Positions 8,668-17,470 are shown, counted from the first letter of the stretch. The stretch is 22,438 bases of DNA from Candidatus Margulisiibacteriota bacterium (GCA_043816785.1 JBDRHP010000085.1:1-22438); one strand, 5' to 3'. The notes: generated by a model not told the origin, from the sequence alone. Numbers and translations: made by a program.

Positions 8668-9198
8668 TTATTTCCTATCAAAAAACGGATTCTTCCCCGT
8701 TGCTGACAAAGGAATGCCATAGGCCGCTGCCACTCCATTACCCAAAAAACCCAATTCCATGGCTGCTTTGCCAACAGAGTACATGATCCGGTTATCGATC
8801 CGGTGGTCCATAGCCACAGAGACAGCTGAACCAATAGCAATGCCAAGGTCGCCGCTATTAATAGCACAGACTACCTTGGCTTTTTCAGCTTCCGCGCAGC
8901 CGGGAAAGCCGCAAAACCCGCAAAGCCTTAAGCCCAGGTATTGTGTTTTGGTGCCGATCACCACAATCGCCGCAGCTTTCAGAATATTATCGCCGTCACG
9001 CAGGAAGGTCCGGTTATTTTCCTTTTCTCCGAGCTTGATCATTTTATCAGAAAGCTTTTTTATCTCGCTTCCCTTGATAATCGCGATCTCCAGCAGGTCC
9101 AAACCCCGCGCCTTGGGAGCGGTCCTGGCTGCCAGGCACATTTCCTGAGCGATCTGCTCAATAATTTTATCCTTAAATTCTTTTTCCCTGACCGGCAT
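8668..9198 (-). CDS. DUF2148-like ferredoxin-domain protein
   Basis: AARTAPKARG, CGFCGFPGC, DLGIAIGSA, DNRIMYSVG, GIPLSATGKNPFFDR. Start set at ATG 9198, 1 nt after the upstream stop codon. Confidence 0.8.
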   Translation of the reverse strand: MPVREKEFKDKIIEQIAQEMCLAARTAPKARGLDLLEIAIIKGSEIKKLSDKMIKLGEKENNRTFLRDGDNILKAAAIVVIGTKTQYLGLRLCGFCGFPGCAEAEKAKVVCAINSGDLGIAIGSAVSVAMDHRIDNRIMYSVGKAAMELGFLGNGVAAAYGIPLSATGKNPFFDRK

Positions 9199-9199
9199 A

Positions 9200-10195
9200 T
9201 TATTTAACCATCTTCTCCAACAAATCAAGTTGTTCAAGCGTGCCGATAACCACTAATACATCATTATTTTCGATTTTCGAGGCCGCCAGCGGCTGCAGGT
9301 TAAATGCTCCGTCAGATTTTCGAATCGCCAGAACCGTTGCGCCTGACTTTTGTCTGATATGGGCGTCTTCCAGCGATTTATTCATTAAGGGAGATTTATC
9401 AGGTATGGATATCTCCCGCAAACTGAATTCAAGATGTTCCCCATGCATAACCGTATCAAGAAAGTCTGCCGCTACCGGCCGAATAGCCAGCGCCGCCATT
9501 CTTCGCCCAGAAATAAAATAGGGAGAAATAACCCGGTTCGCCCCGGCCAGCTTTAATTTTTGCTCAGCATCCTTGCCGCTGGCGCGCGCCACAATATAAA
9601 GATCTTGGCTCGCCGCCCTGCCGGAAAGAGTTACAAAAACATTCTCCATATCAGAATCAGCGCAGGCCACCAGCCCTTTGGCTTTTTTCACGCCAGCTTC
9701 TTCTAATTTTCCATCAGTGCTCGTGTCGCCAATAATATAAGGGGTGCCTTTGGGCTCCAGCTCCTCTGCTGTTTCTGGTTTGATATCAATAACAACATAC
9801 GGGATCTTGGCTGCTGCAAACTCAGCCGCTATCTGGTGCCCCACCCGGCCAAAACCACAAATAATATAATGATCTTTCATATCCTTGATCTTTTTTTCCA
9901 TCCTTTTCCTCCTTCTGTAGCCAAACAGCTGGCCTTCAATCACCATTTCTCCCAGCTGGCCAACTGTATAGATCGCTGTGCCAACGCCGGAAATGATCAG
10001 CATCATAGTCAGGATCTTGCCAAAAGCAGAAAGTTCACGCGCTTCATTAAAACCGACCGTGAACAAAGTGATAACCAGCATGTAGGCCGCTTCCAGCAGT
10101 GACCAGCCCTCGATCAAGGTGTAGCCAGCTATGCCTACTGTCACAATGATCAGCAAAGTTACGATTGGCGGTATTAAACGCTTAAATGGATTCAT
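9200..10195 (-). CDS. Potassium channel protein (2TM pore + TrkA-N/TrkA-C RCK domains)
   Basis: TM1, pore helix with TVGFNE, TM2, then HYIICGFGRVG Rossmann motif, AGANRVISPY and a TrkA-C domain. Confidence 0.9.
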   Translation of the reverse strand: MNPFKRLIPPIVTLLIIVTVGIAGYTLIEGWSLLEAAYMLVITLFTVGFNEARELSAFGKILTMMLIISGVGTAIYTVGQLGEMVIEGQLFGYRRRKRMEKKIKDMKDHYIICGFGRVGHQIAAEFAAAKIPYVVIDIKPETAEELEPKGTPYIIGDTSTDGKLEEAGVKKAKGLVACADSDMENVFVTLSGRAASQDLYIVARASGKDAEQKLKLAGANRVISPYFISGRRMAALAIRPVAADFLDTVMHGEHLEFSLREISIPDKSPLMNKSLEDAHIRQKSGATVLAIRKSDGAFNLQPLAASKIENNDVLVVIGTLEQLDLLEKMVK

Positions 10196-10839
10196 TTAAA
10201 TAAATAAACCGTAAAATCTCCAGGATGATAATCATGCCGGATAATGAACCGGTTGCTGATAAAACGGCAAAAACTCATGATCTCCTCCGGTTTAAAATAA
10301 AAATAACGTCCTGAATTCAGGTCCTCTGGAACGCTGATCGGGATGGCCCCCTCGCTCAAAAAATTCACCCCAATCCCATAGTTTGCCAGATCATACAACC
10401 TGAGCAGCATTTCTTTCACAAACTCAAGATGATTTGCTGTCGCGCCCGTCCGGATGTTAAAAACTCCCGAGCAAAACACATAATCAAATTTTGGCAGATG
10501 CCTCTCTTCTAAAATATCCTTCAATTCAAACCGGCCATCCGGATATTTTTTCTTAGCTACTTCCAGCAATTTAGCTGAAACATCATAGCCAGTATAACGG
10601 ATCTTATGCCGCCCCAGCAATTTTTCAGCTTTAAAATAGCCATACAGATCTCCGAAGCCACAGCCCACATCCAGAATCGAGATGCCAGTGCTTTTTTTGC
10701 CCCAAACAAACAAGTCTTTAAAAATCTTATATCTTAATTTCTGGCTCTCCGGGCTATTCCAATCAAGCGCCAGAAAACTTTCACCATGCTTAGCCAGCAG
10801 GCCTTCAAAATAATCAATTTGTTTTTTCTTGTCTGTCAT
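10192..10839 (-). CDS. Class I SAM-dependent methyltransferase
   Basis: ILDVGCGFG motif I, YTGYDVS and FDYVFCSGVFN. ATGA overlap with the channel gene. Confidence 0.9.
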   Translation of the reverse strand: MTDKKKQIDYFEGLLAKHGESFLALDWNSPESQKLRYKIFKDLFVWGKKSTGISILDVGCGFGDLYGYFKAEKLLGRHKIRYTGYDVSAKLLEVAKKKYPDGRFELKDILEERHLPKFDYVFCSGVFNIRTGATANHLEFVKEMLLRLYDLANYGIGVNFLSEGAIPISVPEDLNSGRYFYFKPEEIMSFCRFISNRFIIRHDYHPGDFTVYLFK

Positions 10840-10893
10840 TCCCTTTGGACTTTTAGCATATCATTAAAACCCCAAGTTTTCAACGGAAAAAAG

Positions 10894-10921
10894 TGAAATT
10901 TCCGCAATAAAAATATGATAA
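10894..10921 (+). promoter_or_regulatory. Alternative-sigma (sigma-28-like) promoter motif, copy 2
   Basis: TGAAATT-N16-GATAA upstream of ATG 10960, with SD AAGGA at 10946-10950. Confidence 0.5.
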
Positions 10922-10959
10922 GAATATAGAATAAGCATGTCCGGCAAGGAACGATATCT

Positions 10960-11544
10960 ATGACAAATCTTGTTAAAATCGGAGGCTGTTACAGCGGCCT
11001 GCTTGGCGGCCCCAGCAGCCGGTACAGGCGGATAGCTATCGCTACCCCACCCGCTCTTGACCGATTCCACAGCAACATGCGCTTGCAAACCGCTGTAATG
11101 AATATTGAGAACGTCGTTATACTAAATTCAACCACCATTGCTGAGGCTGGTTTGGCCAAAGAAGATTTTATCGGCGGCCGAGGTTTTCTCAGTGTCGGAC
11201 TACGGCTGATTGAAGCGTCAAGCGATGAAAAGCAGATATATGAGGAAGCGAAAAAACTCCTGCGCAGCCAGCAAAGAGGCATTCATCGCAGAATATTTCT
11301 GCGACGGGAAGGGATCGGCGCATCCAGTGAAATAGATGACTTATCGCCCAATCTTTATGCGGCGCTGCTGGCTGAGTTAGGAGATCGATTTCAGGACACT
11401 TCTTTCAAGAGTGTTGTTTCCCTAAGCGTGGAAGATATACCTTTTGATGTGATTGAAAGAACTGAAGGGGGAAAAATAATTAGATTCTCACGTTCATTAT
11501 TGGAAAAAGCCCCGTTCTGGGCGCATATTGAAGAGGAAGATTAG
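10960..11544 (+). CDS. Orphan hypothetical protein (194 aa)
   Basis: ORF with an SD that fills the gap. Its stop codon overlaps the stop of the convergent gene (11541-11544). Confidence 0.7.
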   Translation: MTNLVKIGGCYSGLLGGPSSRYRRIAIATPPALDRFHSNMRLQTAVMNIENVVILNSTTIAEAGLAKEDFIGGRGFLSVGLRLIEASSDEKQIYEEAKKLLRSQQRGIHRRIFLRREGIGASSEIDDLSPNLYAALLAELGDRFQDTSFKSVVSLSVEDIPFDVIERTEGGKIIRFSRSLLEKAPFWAHIEEED

Positions 11545-12650
11545 ACAGCGGCGGCAGTTATTTCGTTCAGTTGTAGCGGCACGCCGCCAGGCATTCCATC
11601 CTTGATCACCACTACACCAAAATGATTAGGAATATTGCTGTGCAGGATATGCAGATTTTTACCGGGAACCGGCTGATATAACCAGCCGCGTTCTTTCTCG
11701 GGGGTATGACCACAGATAATAAAAGTGTTAGCTGGACTAGCCATTAATCCTAACCCGCGTATTGTTGCATCAATATCAGCTGCCGAAAAGGTTTTTCTTA
11801 AGCTACTATCTCTGCCGAATAAGCGCAATTCTGATATTACTTTATCCGACCCATAACGATTCCTTAGCAATTGTCTCATCAAACCTTCATCACTGCGGGC
11901 GTTAACTAATTGCTGTTGGGTCACGCCTCCCTTGACTACAGCGGCATGTGCCAAATAAGCCGCTCCCCGCCTGCCTTCAACAGTCGCCGCCAGTGGACAT
12001 CCATCAAAAAATGACTGATAACCAGCGACCATGCGTTGAACATCCTCGCTTGAGTAACCAAGTTCTCCAAAAAACTCAGAGAGATGCATCTGAAAAAAAA
12101 TAGACTGCATTACTCCCCGCTTCGTTTCATTCATCTGGAAGTTATCCCGGTCAACAACATCATGATTGCCAAGCAAAACATGAACTTGTTCAGGAAACTC
12201 GTTTTTTAATCTAATAACCGTGTTCAATGTCTCAAGTGAAGACCTCATTTCAGTCATGTTGGCTGATTCTTCCGGATGGATTATGTCGCCTAAAAAGAGC
12301 AAAGTTACTTCGCCGGCTGCTAACCTTGGGCCATATTCTCTTAAGATCAGGTCAAGGCGATTGGCGTTGCCATGCAGATCACCAACCACAACTATCTCTC
12401 GATCAGCGCTCAGTCGAAGCAAAGCGCCTTCTCGCAAGAAAAACTGACTACTAACACTTGATTCATTGGCCAGCCCATCGTTGAGTCGATAAAGTTCACT
12501 CATTTGTAACGGGCGGTGTAAATTCTGCACAGTTAATTTGGGATATGCGCGAGAAATGCGATGACTGGTACCAGGCAGCAGGTTTCTGCCCCAGTTTATA
12601 AGTCTTTGACCTAATGTATTATTTGTTCTGGCAACATTTGAATTTGCCAT
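11541..12650 (-). CDS. Calcineurin-like metallophosphoesterase (PPP-type Ser/Thr phosphatase-like) with an N-terminal extension
   Basis: GDLHG, LGDIIH, LLGNHD, AHA and CGHT motifs in canonical order. SD GAGGAG upstream. Confidence 0.88.
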   Translation of the reverse strand: MANSNVARTNNTLGQRLINWGRNLLPGTSHRISRAYPKLTVQNLHRPLQMSELYRLNDGLANESSVSSQFFLREGALLRLSADREIVVVGDLHGNANRLDLILREYGPRLAAGEVTLLFLGDIIHPEESANMTEMRSSLETLNTVIRLKNEFPEQVHVLLGNHDVVDRDNFQMNETKRGVMQSIFFQMHLSEFFGELGYSSEDVQRMVAGYQSFFDGCPLAATVEGRRGAAYLAHAAVVKGGVTQQQLVNARSDEGLMRQLLRNRYGSDKVISELRLFGRDSSLRKTFSAADIDATIRGLGLMASPANTFIICGHTPEKERGWLYQPVPGKNLHILHSNIPNHFGVVVIKDGMPGGVPLQLNEITAAAV

Positions 12651-12701
12651 AAAATGCTCCTCTCCCCTCCAGCCTTTGCGGCGGGGGTCATTTCATTAAT
12701 A

Positions 12702-12729
12702 TTATCGATATTAAAAGCAAATAACTTGC
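12702..12729 (-). promoter_or_regulatory. Alternative-sigma (sigma-28-like) promoter motif, variant copy 3
   Basis: Minus strand GCAAGTT-N16-GATAA (-10 octamer ATCGATAA) upstream of the phosphatase. Confidence 0.45.
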
Positions 12730-12737
12730 ATAATTAC

Positions 12738-12765
12738 TGAAATTTATTGTCCATTATATAGATAT
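12738..12765 (+). promoter_or_regulatory. Alternative-sigma (sigma-28-like) promoter motif, copy 4
   Basis: TGAAATT-N16-GATAT ending 12 nt before ATG 12778. Confidence 0.5.
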
Positions 12766-12777
12766 AATTTAAGAACA

Positions 12778-14457
12778 ATGACAAGAATCACTCCATCAAG
12801 CAGCAGTCCTTTTACCAGCCGCTGGAAATCAATGGCCGCGGCTAGGCCACACCTTGACGCTTATACAGCTCAGCGTTTAAAAAGACTTCTCAACGATCCC
12901 TTATTCAGGGCCTCCAGCCTTAGACTGGCTGAAACCGAGCGTGTTGCCCGCGGTAAATATTTACCTGACCTAGAATTACTCATCGGCGATAAACTCTCCA
13001 TGATAGAGGGCATGTCAAAGGCAGAACTCATAAAGCTCTATGTCGAAAAAATGTCACCGGTCGTTCAGGAAGTCTATGAAGAGGTCCTGGACGGCTCAAG
13101 AAAAACTTTTCCAGATAGGTTCTGGTCCGGCAGACAAGGTCAGCTCAATATGATCATCTGCTTCCGCTATCTTCTGGAACAAAAATTAGGCTTTCAGATG
13201 CAGCGCTCTCCCCAGATCATTGACTCACGATTTTTTAGACAAAACCAGGGAGAATTTTTGGTTAGCGAAGTTGGTAAAGAGGATTGGACAGCTTTTTGCG
13301 CAAAATATAAACTTGGCGGAGGCTTAAACTTAACTTTCGCCAATTCATTCTCTCAGCTGATACGCACATCCTATCCCTGGGCTTTTAATCTGAACAGCAA
13401 GGAAGGCAGCCACTTGCATCCAGATGACTTTCGCACTAATGACACCTGGCAAGGCAGCAAAGGCAGAAAACTAGCCGGACGCATGGCTGATCACCGCTTC
13501 CGTCGGCATCTTGGGTTGACCATGGATGAAAAGACCAAAACTTTTGATCCCCGCCTGCTCCGGGAGAACCAGGCTGAACTTTTGGCCTCTCTGGGCTACA
13601 CCTGCTGGCGGGATGTTTTTTATGCAATAGGACTGGGCAGTATTTTAGCTGCTTTCCCTGAATTTCATCATAAAGTTGGTCATGTTTTAAAGTGGCGTTA
13701 TCCCTGGGCTTTTGACTGGAGCAAACCAGAAGGACAACATTTGCATGCTCATGATTTTGGTGATAAAGCGGTTTTTAAATCTGATCAGGAACTAAGAGCC
13801 GCCATCCTGCACGAAACAGACCAAGAAGGCTGGGAATTAAGGGACTTACCGGCCCGTCTAACCAGCCCCTGGTTGGCTAAGCACGGACTGGCTGACCAAA
13901 GGAGTTTCTCAAAGATCGAGGTTATGCAGCGTGCTTTTGCCCCGGAATTCGCCCGGGGATTTTTCACTGAAGCTGATTTCAGGAACCAAAATTACACCAG
14001 CTGGCTCAGACCTTCAGCTCTGAGAACGATTAAGCCCACAATGGCAGGTTCAATGCCTTATGGCGTGATCCAGAGCGGCAAAACAGCTTTTTATTTTTCC
14101 GCTGATCTGGTCGGTTTTGTCGCTAGAATAGAATCAAGAGATCATGGCACTATTTATAAGGTTGTGACAACTTTGCACGAAGAAGGTAAGCTGGGTCGAA
14201 AATTACGGCCGGTCAAAGCATTTGATCTACCCCAGGAAGAAACCAGCTATTGGCGGCCAACGTTAACTGACTACAACAGAGAGGAGCACCCCATTATTCC
14301 CTCTCGCCTAAGGAACGAACTAATAACTTTAGGTGTTGCTCCGCAATCACTTTCGCTGGAATTGCAAAAGCAATTGCTTGCCCATCTTGCTGCCCGAGGC
14401 GACCGCAGTTTACATGAATTTCTAAGGCGCTGCGGCCTGCTACAACATTTTGTTTGA
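12778..14457 (+). CDS. Repeat protein (559 aa) with DUF4046-like repeats
   Basis: VYEEVLDGSRKTFPDRFW...FRYLLEQKLG resembles DUF4046 (family recognised from memory). Internal repeats YPWAFNLNSKEGSHLHPDDF and YPWAFDWSKPEGQHLHAHDF are 109 aa apart. Confidence 0.65.
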   Translation: MTRITPSSSSPFTSRWKSMAAARPHLDAYTAQRLKRLLNDPLFRASSLRLAETERVARGKYLPDLELLIGDKLSMIEGMSKAELIKLYVEKMSPVVQEVYEEVLDGSRKTFPDRFWSGRQGQLNMIICFRYLLEQKLGFQMQRSPQIIDSRFFRQNQGEFLVSEVGKEDWTAFCAKYKLGGGLNLTFANSFSQLIRTSYPWAFNLNSKEGSHLHPDDFRTNDTWQGSKGRKLAGRMADHRFRRHLGLTMDEKTKTFDPRLLRENQAELLASLGYTCWRDVFYAIGLGSILAAFPEFHHKVGHVLKWRYPWAFDWSKPEGQHLHAHDFGDKAVFKSDQELRAAILHETDQEGWELRDLPARLTSPWLAKHGLADQRSFSKIEVMQRAFAPEFARGFFTEADFRNQNYTSWLRPSALRTIKPTMAGSMPYGVIQSGKTAFYFSADLVGFVARIESRDHGTIYKVVTTLHEEGKLGRKLRPVKAFDLPQEETSYWRPTLTDYNREEHPIIPSRLRNELITLGVAPQSLSLELQKQLLAHLAARGDRSLHEFLRRCGLLQHFV

Positions 14458-14475
14458 TCTCTTCCCGTCCCGAAA

Positions 14476-14486
14476 TGTGCTATAAT
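14476..14486 (+). promoter_or_regulatory. Extended -10 promoter, leaderless transcript
   Basis: TGTGcTATAAT followed after 6 nt by ATG 14493. Confidence 0.65.
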
Positions 14487-14492
14487 ATCGGC

Positions 14493-15125
14493 ATGTTAAA
14501 AAGAATTGTCGCTTCATTATTGATCTCTACTCTCCTGCCCCTGGCCCTGTTCGCGGATGAAGCCTCTGACCAGGAATACATCAAAAAATTAACCTACCAG
14601 CGTAATAGATTGGAACTGGTTACCAAACAAAGAGAAATCGATGAAAGACGCAGTTACAGCTACACGGACATTGATTCCTACACTTACAGTTATGAAGCCT
14701 ATGCCCACACTTCAACCGATATTTCAACTCAAACATTAGACCGTTCAGAAAAAAAAGAAGTTACTGACTGGTATATTTATAAAGGTGGCCTCCGCCAGAT
14801 CAGCGACCCAGAATTCCTGGAACTGGTTGGCGCTAAAACCAAACTAGCGTTGGTCCTAAAAGAAGAAGAGCAAAAAGCCCGGCTAAGGGGTTTTGGCAAT
14901 ATTTTGATCGGGACTGGCCTGGCAGTAATGCTGGGCGGCGCGGCTTTTTCCGCGCCTGAAGGCACCACAACTGCCGGCGCATTAGGCATGACCGCTGGTT
15001 TTTTTCTTAATGCTTTTAATCTATCACCCCAGCATTATATTGAACCAGACTTTGCCCAGGAAAAGATCGACGAATACAACATCAATCTGAAGAGAAATCT
15101 GGGGCTGCCGTTAAGCAATAACTAA
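14493..15125 (+). CDS. Exported/membrane hypothetical protein
   Basis: Signal peptide MLKRIVASLLISTLLPLALFA and two Gly-rich hydrophobic segments near the C-terminus. Start moved to ATG 14493. Confidence 0.75.
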   Translation: MLKRIVASLLISTLLPLALFADEASDQEYIKKLTYQRNRLELVTKQREIDERRSYSYTDIDSYTYSYEAYAHTSTDISTQTLDRSEKKEVTDWYIYKGGLRQISDPEFLELVGAKTKLALVLKEEEQKARLRGFGNILIGTGLAVMLGGAAFSAPEGTTTAGALGMTAGFFLNAFNLSPQHYIEPDFAQEKIDEYNINLKRNLGLPLSNN

Positions 15126-16144
15126 ATTAGCTTATCCGCGATCATCCGCTCAGCAATTAAAACCGCGTTAAGTGCCGCTCCCCTGCGCAGATTGTCAGAG
15201 ACAATCCACATGTCCAGGCCATTTTCCTGAGAGATGTCTTCGCGGATGCGGCCGACAAAAGTCTCGTTTTTGCCAGCGCAGTCGATCGGTGTGGGATATT
15301 CCCCTTTGGCTGGATCATCAACAACCTTACAAGTTGGAAAAGCCGCGATCAGCTTCCTAACCTCGGCCACAGAGATTTTATTCCTGGTCTTGATGTTGAC
15401 CGCTTCAGAATGGCCAATCGCCACAGGAACCCTGACACAAGTCGCAGAGACCTGGATCTTGTCATCTTCAAAGATCTTTCTGGTCTCATTGTACATTTTC
15501 ATCTCTTCCTTGGTATAACCATTATCAGTAAAAGAATCGATCTGCGGCACGCAATTAAATGCGATCTGCTTGAAAATGTACTTGGCGGTAACTTTGGCCT
15601 TTGGATCAGCCAGCAGTTTTTCTGTCTGCTCATACATCTCAGCAATGGCCTCTTTACCCCATCCGGAAGTTGCCTGATAAGTGGACACAACTATCCTCTC
15701 AATGCCCACAGCATCATAAATGGGTTTTAAGGGCAAGACCATTTGGGCGGTTGAACAGTTGGGGTTGGCAATGATCCCTTTATGCCTTTTGATAGCTTGG
15801 GGATTGACCTCAGGCACGATCAGCGGAACTTCTGGATCCATCCTGAACTGACTGGTATTGTCAATGACTACACAGCCGTGTTTGGCCGCTTCCGGAGCCA
15901 TGACTTTGGAAACTTTGGCCCCGGCAGAGAACAGGCCGATCTGAATGCCTTCAAATGATTCAGGTTTTGCCTCTTCAACAGTATACTCTTTGCCTTTAAA
16001 AGTGACTTTGCTTCCAGCTGTCCTTTCCGAAGCTAGCGGCAAGAACCGATCGACTGGAAAATCCTGCTCTTCCAGGACTTTGATCATTTCTTTGCCAACC
16101 ATACCGGTTGCGCCAAGCACACAAACATTATATTTTTTAGCCAT
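15122..16144 (-). CDS. asd: Aspartate-semialdehyde dehydrogenase
   Basis: GATGMVG, VPLIVPEVN, IIANPNCST (catalytic Cys), TCVRVPV..GHSE and DNLRRGAALNA. Confidence 0.98.
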   Translation of the reverse strand: MAKKYNVCVLGATGMVGKEMIKVLEEQDFPVDRFLPLASERTAGSKVTFKGKEYTVEEAKPESFEGIQIGLFSAGAKVSKVMAPEAAKHGCVVIDNTSQFRMDPEVPLIVPEVNPQAIKRHKGIIANPNCSTAQMVLPLKPIYDAVGIERIVVSTYQATSGWGKEAIAEMYEQTEKLLADPKAKVTAKYIFKQIAFNCVPQIDSFTDNGYTKEEMKMYNETRKIFEDDKIQVSATCVRVPVAIGHSEAVNIKTRNKISVAEVRKLIAAFPTCKVVDDPAKGEYPTPIDCAGKNETFVGRIREDISQENGLDMWIVSDNLRRGAALNAVLIAERMIADKLI

Positions 16145-16168
16145 ATTTTTCTCCTTCTTAAAAGTTTA

Positions 16169-16293
16169 GGAAACCGGAGACTGAACGTCTCGGTTTCCAA
16201 TTTTCTTGATTAAACTCATGGAAACCGCGAAGCACCTCGACTTCGCTCGGTGCTGCCCTGAGCCAGTCGAAGGGTTTATTCGCAGGTTTCCAT
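16169..16293. repeat. Inverted doublet of REP-like hairpins, the second carrying a 42-bp insert
   Basis: GGAAACC-G-GAGAC-TGAAC-GTCTC-GGTTTCC (16169-16198). An opposite-orientation copy at 16218-16293 has 16233-16274 inserted in its loop. Confidence 0.9.
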
Positions 16294-16307
16294 CGTCTCG
16301 AATTTAA

Positions 16308-16332
16308 AATTATATCATAGTGTGATATAATT
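16308..16332. promoter_or_regulatory. Back-to-back extended -10 elements for asd and gmhA (perfect 10-bp inverted repeat)
   Basis: AATTATATCA-tagtg-TGATATAATT gives TGaTATAAT on both strands. Confidence 0.65.
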
Positions 16333-16340
16333 ACCAAGAT

Positions 16341-16913
16341 ATGCAGGACAGGATCAAAGCAGAGATCAAAGAAAGCATCGACATAAAAAATCAGGTTGGC
16401 AAAAAGCTCACGCCCCAGATCGAGCAAGCCGCTAAATTAATGGTCCAGGCCTTAAAGAACGGCAACAAGGTCCTGTTCTTTGGCAATGGCGGCTCAGCAG
16501 CTGACGCCCAACACCTTGCTGGTGAGCTGATTGGCCGTTATTTAAAAGATAGACGCGCTCTGCCGGCAATTGCTTTGACTACTGACACTTCGATCCTGAC
16601 CTGCCTGTCAAATGACTTTGGCTTTGAAACTGTCTTTGCCAGACAGATCGAAGGTTTAGCTAAATCTGGGGACATTGCTTTTGGCCTTTCCACTTCAGGC
16701 AATTCCAAGAACGTCCTGATCGGTCTTGAAAAAGCCAAAGAACTTAAATGCAAAACTATCGGCTTACTGGGCGGAGACGGCGGCAGGATCGCGGATGTTT
16801 GTGACCTGGCCATCACTATCCCCTCCAATTCCACACCCCGCATCCAGGAAAGCCACATCACCATTGGCCATATTCTTTGTGGTCTAATAGAACAGGAACT
16901 CTTTCCCCAGTGA
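16341..16913 (+). CDS. gmhA: D-sedoheptulose-7-phosphate isomerase
   Basis: GNGGSAADAQH, LPAIALTTD, NDFG, STSGNS and TPRIQESH. Confidence 0.97.
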   Translation: MQDRIKAEIKESIDIKNQVGKKLTPQIEQAAKLMVQALKNGNKVLFFGNGGSAADAQHLAGELIGRYLKDRRALPAIALTTDTSILTCLSNDFGFETVFARQIEGLAKSGDIAFGLSTSGNSKNVLIGLEKAKELKCKTIGLLGGDGGRIADVCDLAITIPSNSTPRIQESHITIGHILCGLIEQELFPQ

Positions 16914-17470
16914 ACAAGGCAGTTTTTCTTGACCGCGACGGAACTATCGTAGAAGACGTGGGCTATTTAAATTCCCCAAAGCAATTGCAATTTATACCCG
17001 GCTCGATCGAAGCCATTAAAAAACTTAATCAAGCTGGTTACAAAGTCGTGGTTATAACCAATCAGGCCGGCGTTGCCCGCGGGCTGATCACTGAAGACAT
17101 GCTACAGACCATAGACAAAACCCTTCATCGATTTATACTTAGCGGCGGCGCGCACTTGGATGGCGTTTATTACTGCCCCCACCACCCTGAACATGGGGTC
17201 TATCCTTACAAACAAGCTTGCGAATGCCGCAAGCCCCACCCTGGATTGATCAAAAGAGCGCGCAGGGATCTCAACATAGATCTTTCCCAAGCCTTTATGA
17301 TTGGCGACAAGGTTTCTGACATTGAAGCAGGCAAACGTGCCGGCACCAAGACCATCTTTGTTACTACCGGCCGCGGACCTGAGGAAAAACCAAAACTCAA
17401 GGAAAAACCCGACCATATCGCAGAAAATCTTAACCAAGCAGTAGACTGGCTGCTCAATAATACTGTATAA
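16910..17470 (+). CDS. gmhB: D-glycero-D-manno-heptose-1,7-bisphosphate phosphatase
   Basis: AVFLDRDGT HAD motif, TNQAG, YYCPHHP...CECRKP and MIGDK. GTG start overlaps the gmhA TGA. Confidence 0.95.
   Translation: MNKAVFLDRDGTIVEDVGYLNSPKQLQFIPGSIEAIKKLNQAGYKVVVITNQAGVARGLITEDMLQTIDKTLHRFILSGGAHLDGVYYCPHHPEHGVYPYKQACECRKPHPGLIKRARRDLNIDLSQAFMIGDKVSDIEAGKRAGTKTIFVTTGRGPEEKPKLKEKPDHIAENLNQAVDWLLNNTV

Noticed and set aside
8625..8867. 80-aa ORF ending in CLPAGRPANA
   Set aside because: Alternative frame of the DUF2148-like gene running into the CCTGCCTGCCGGCAGGCAGG palindrome.
10950..10957. Second AACGATAT box before ORF 10960
   Set aside because: It lies too close to the ATG (transcription would start inside the ORF) and lacks the upstream TGAAATT at the right spacing.
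16158..16427. 89-aa minus-strand ORF
   Set aside because: It is mostly a translation of the palindromic repeats and promoter region and overlaps gmhA antisense. Its LRAAPSEVEV match to the TPR protein is repeat-derived.
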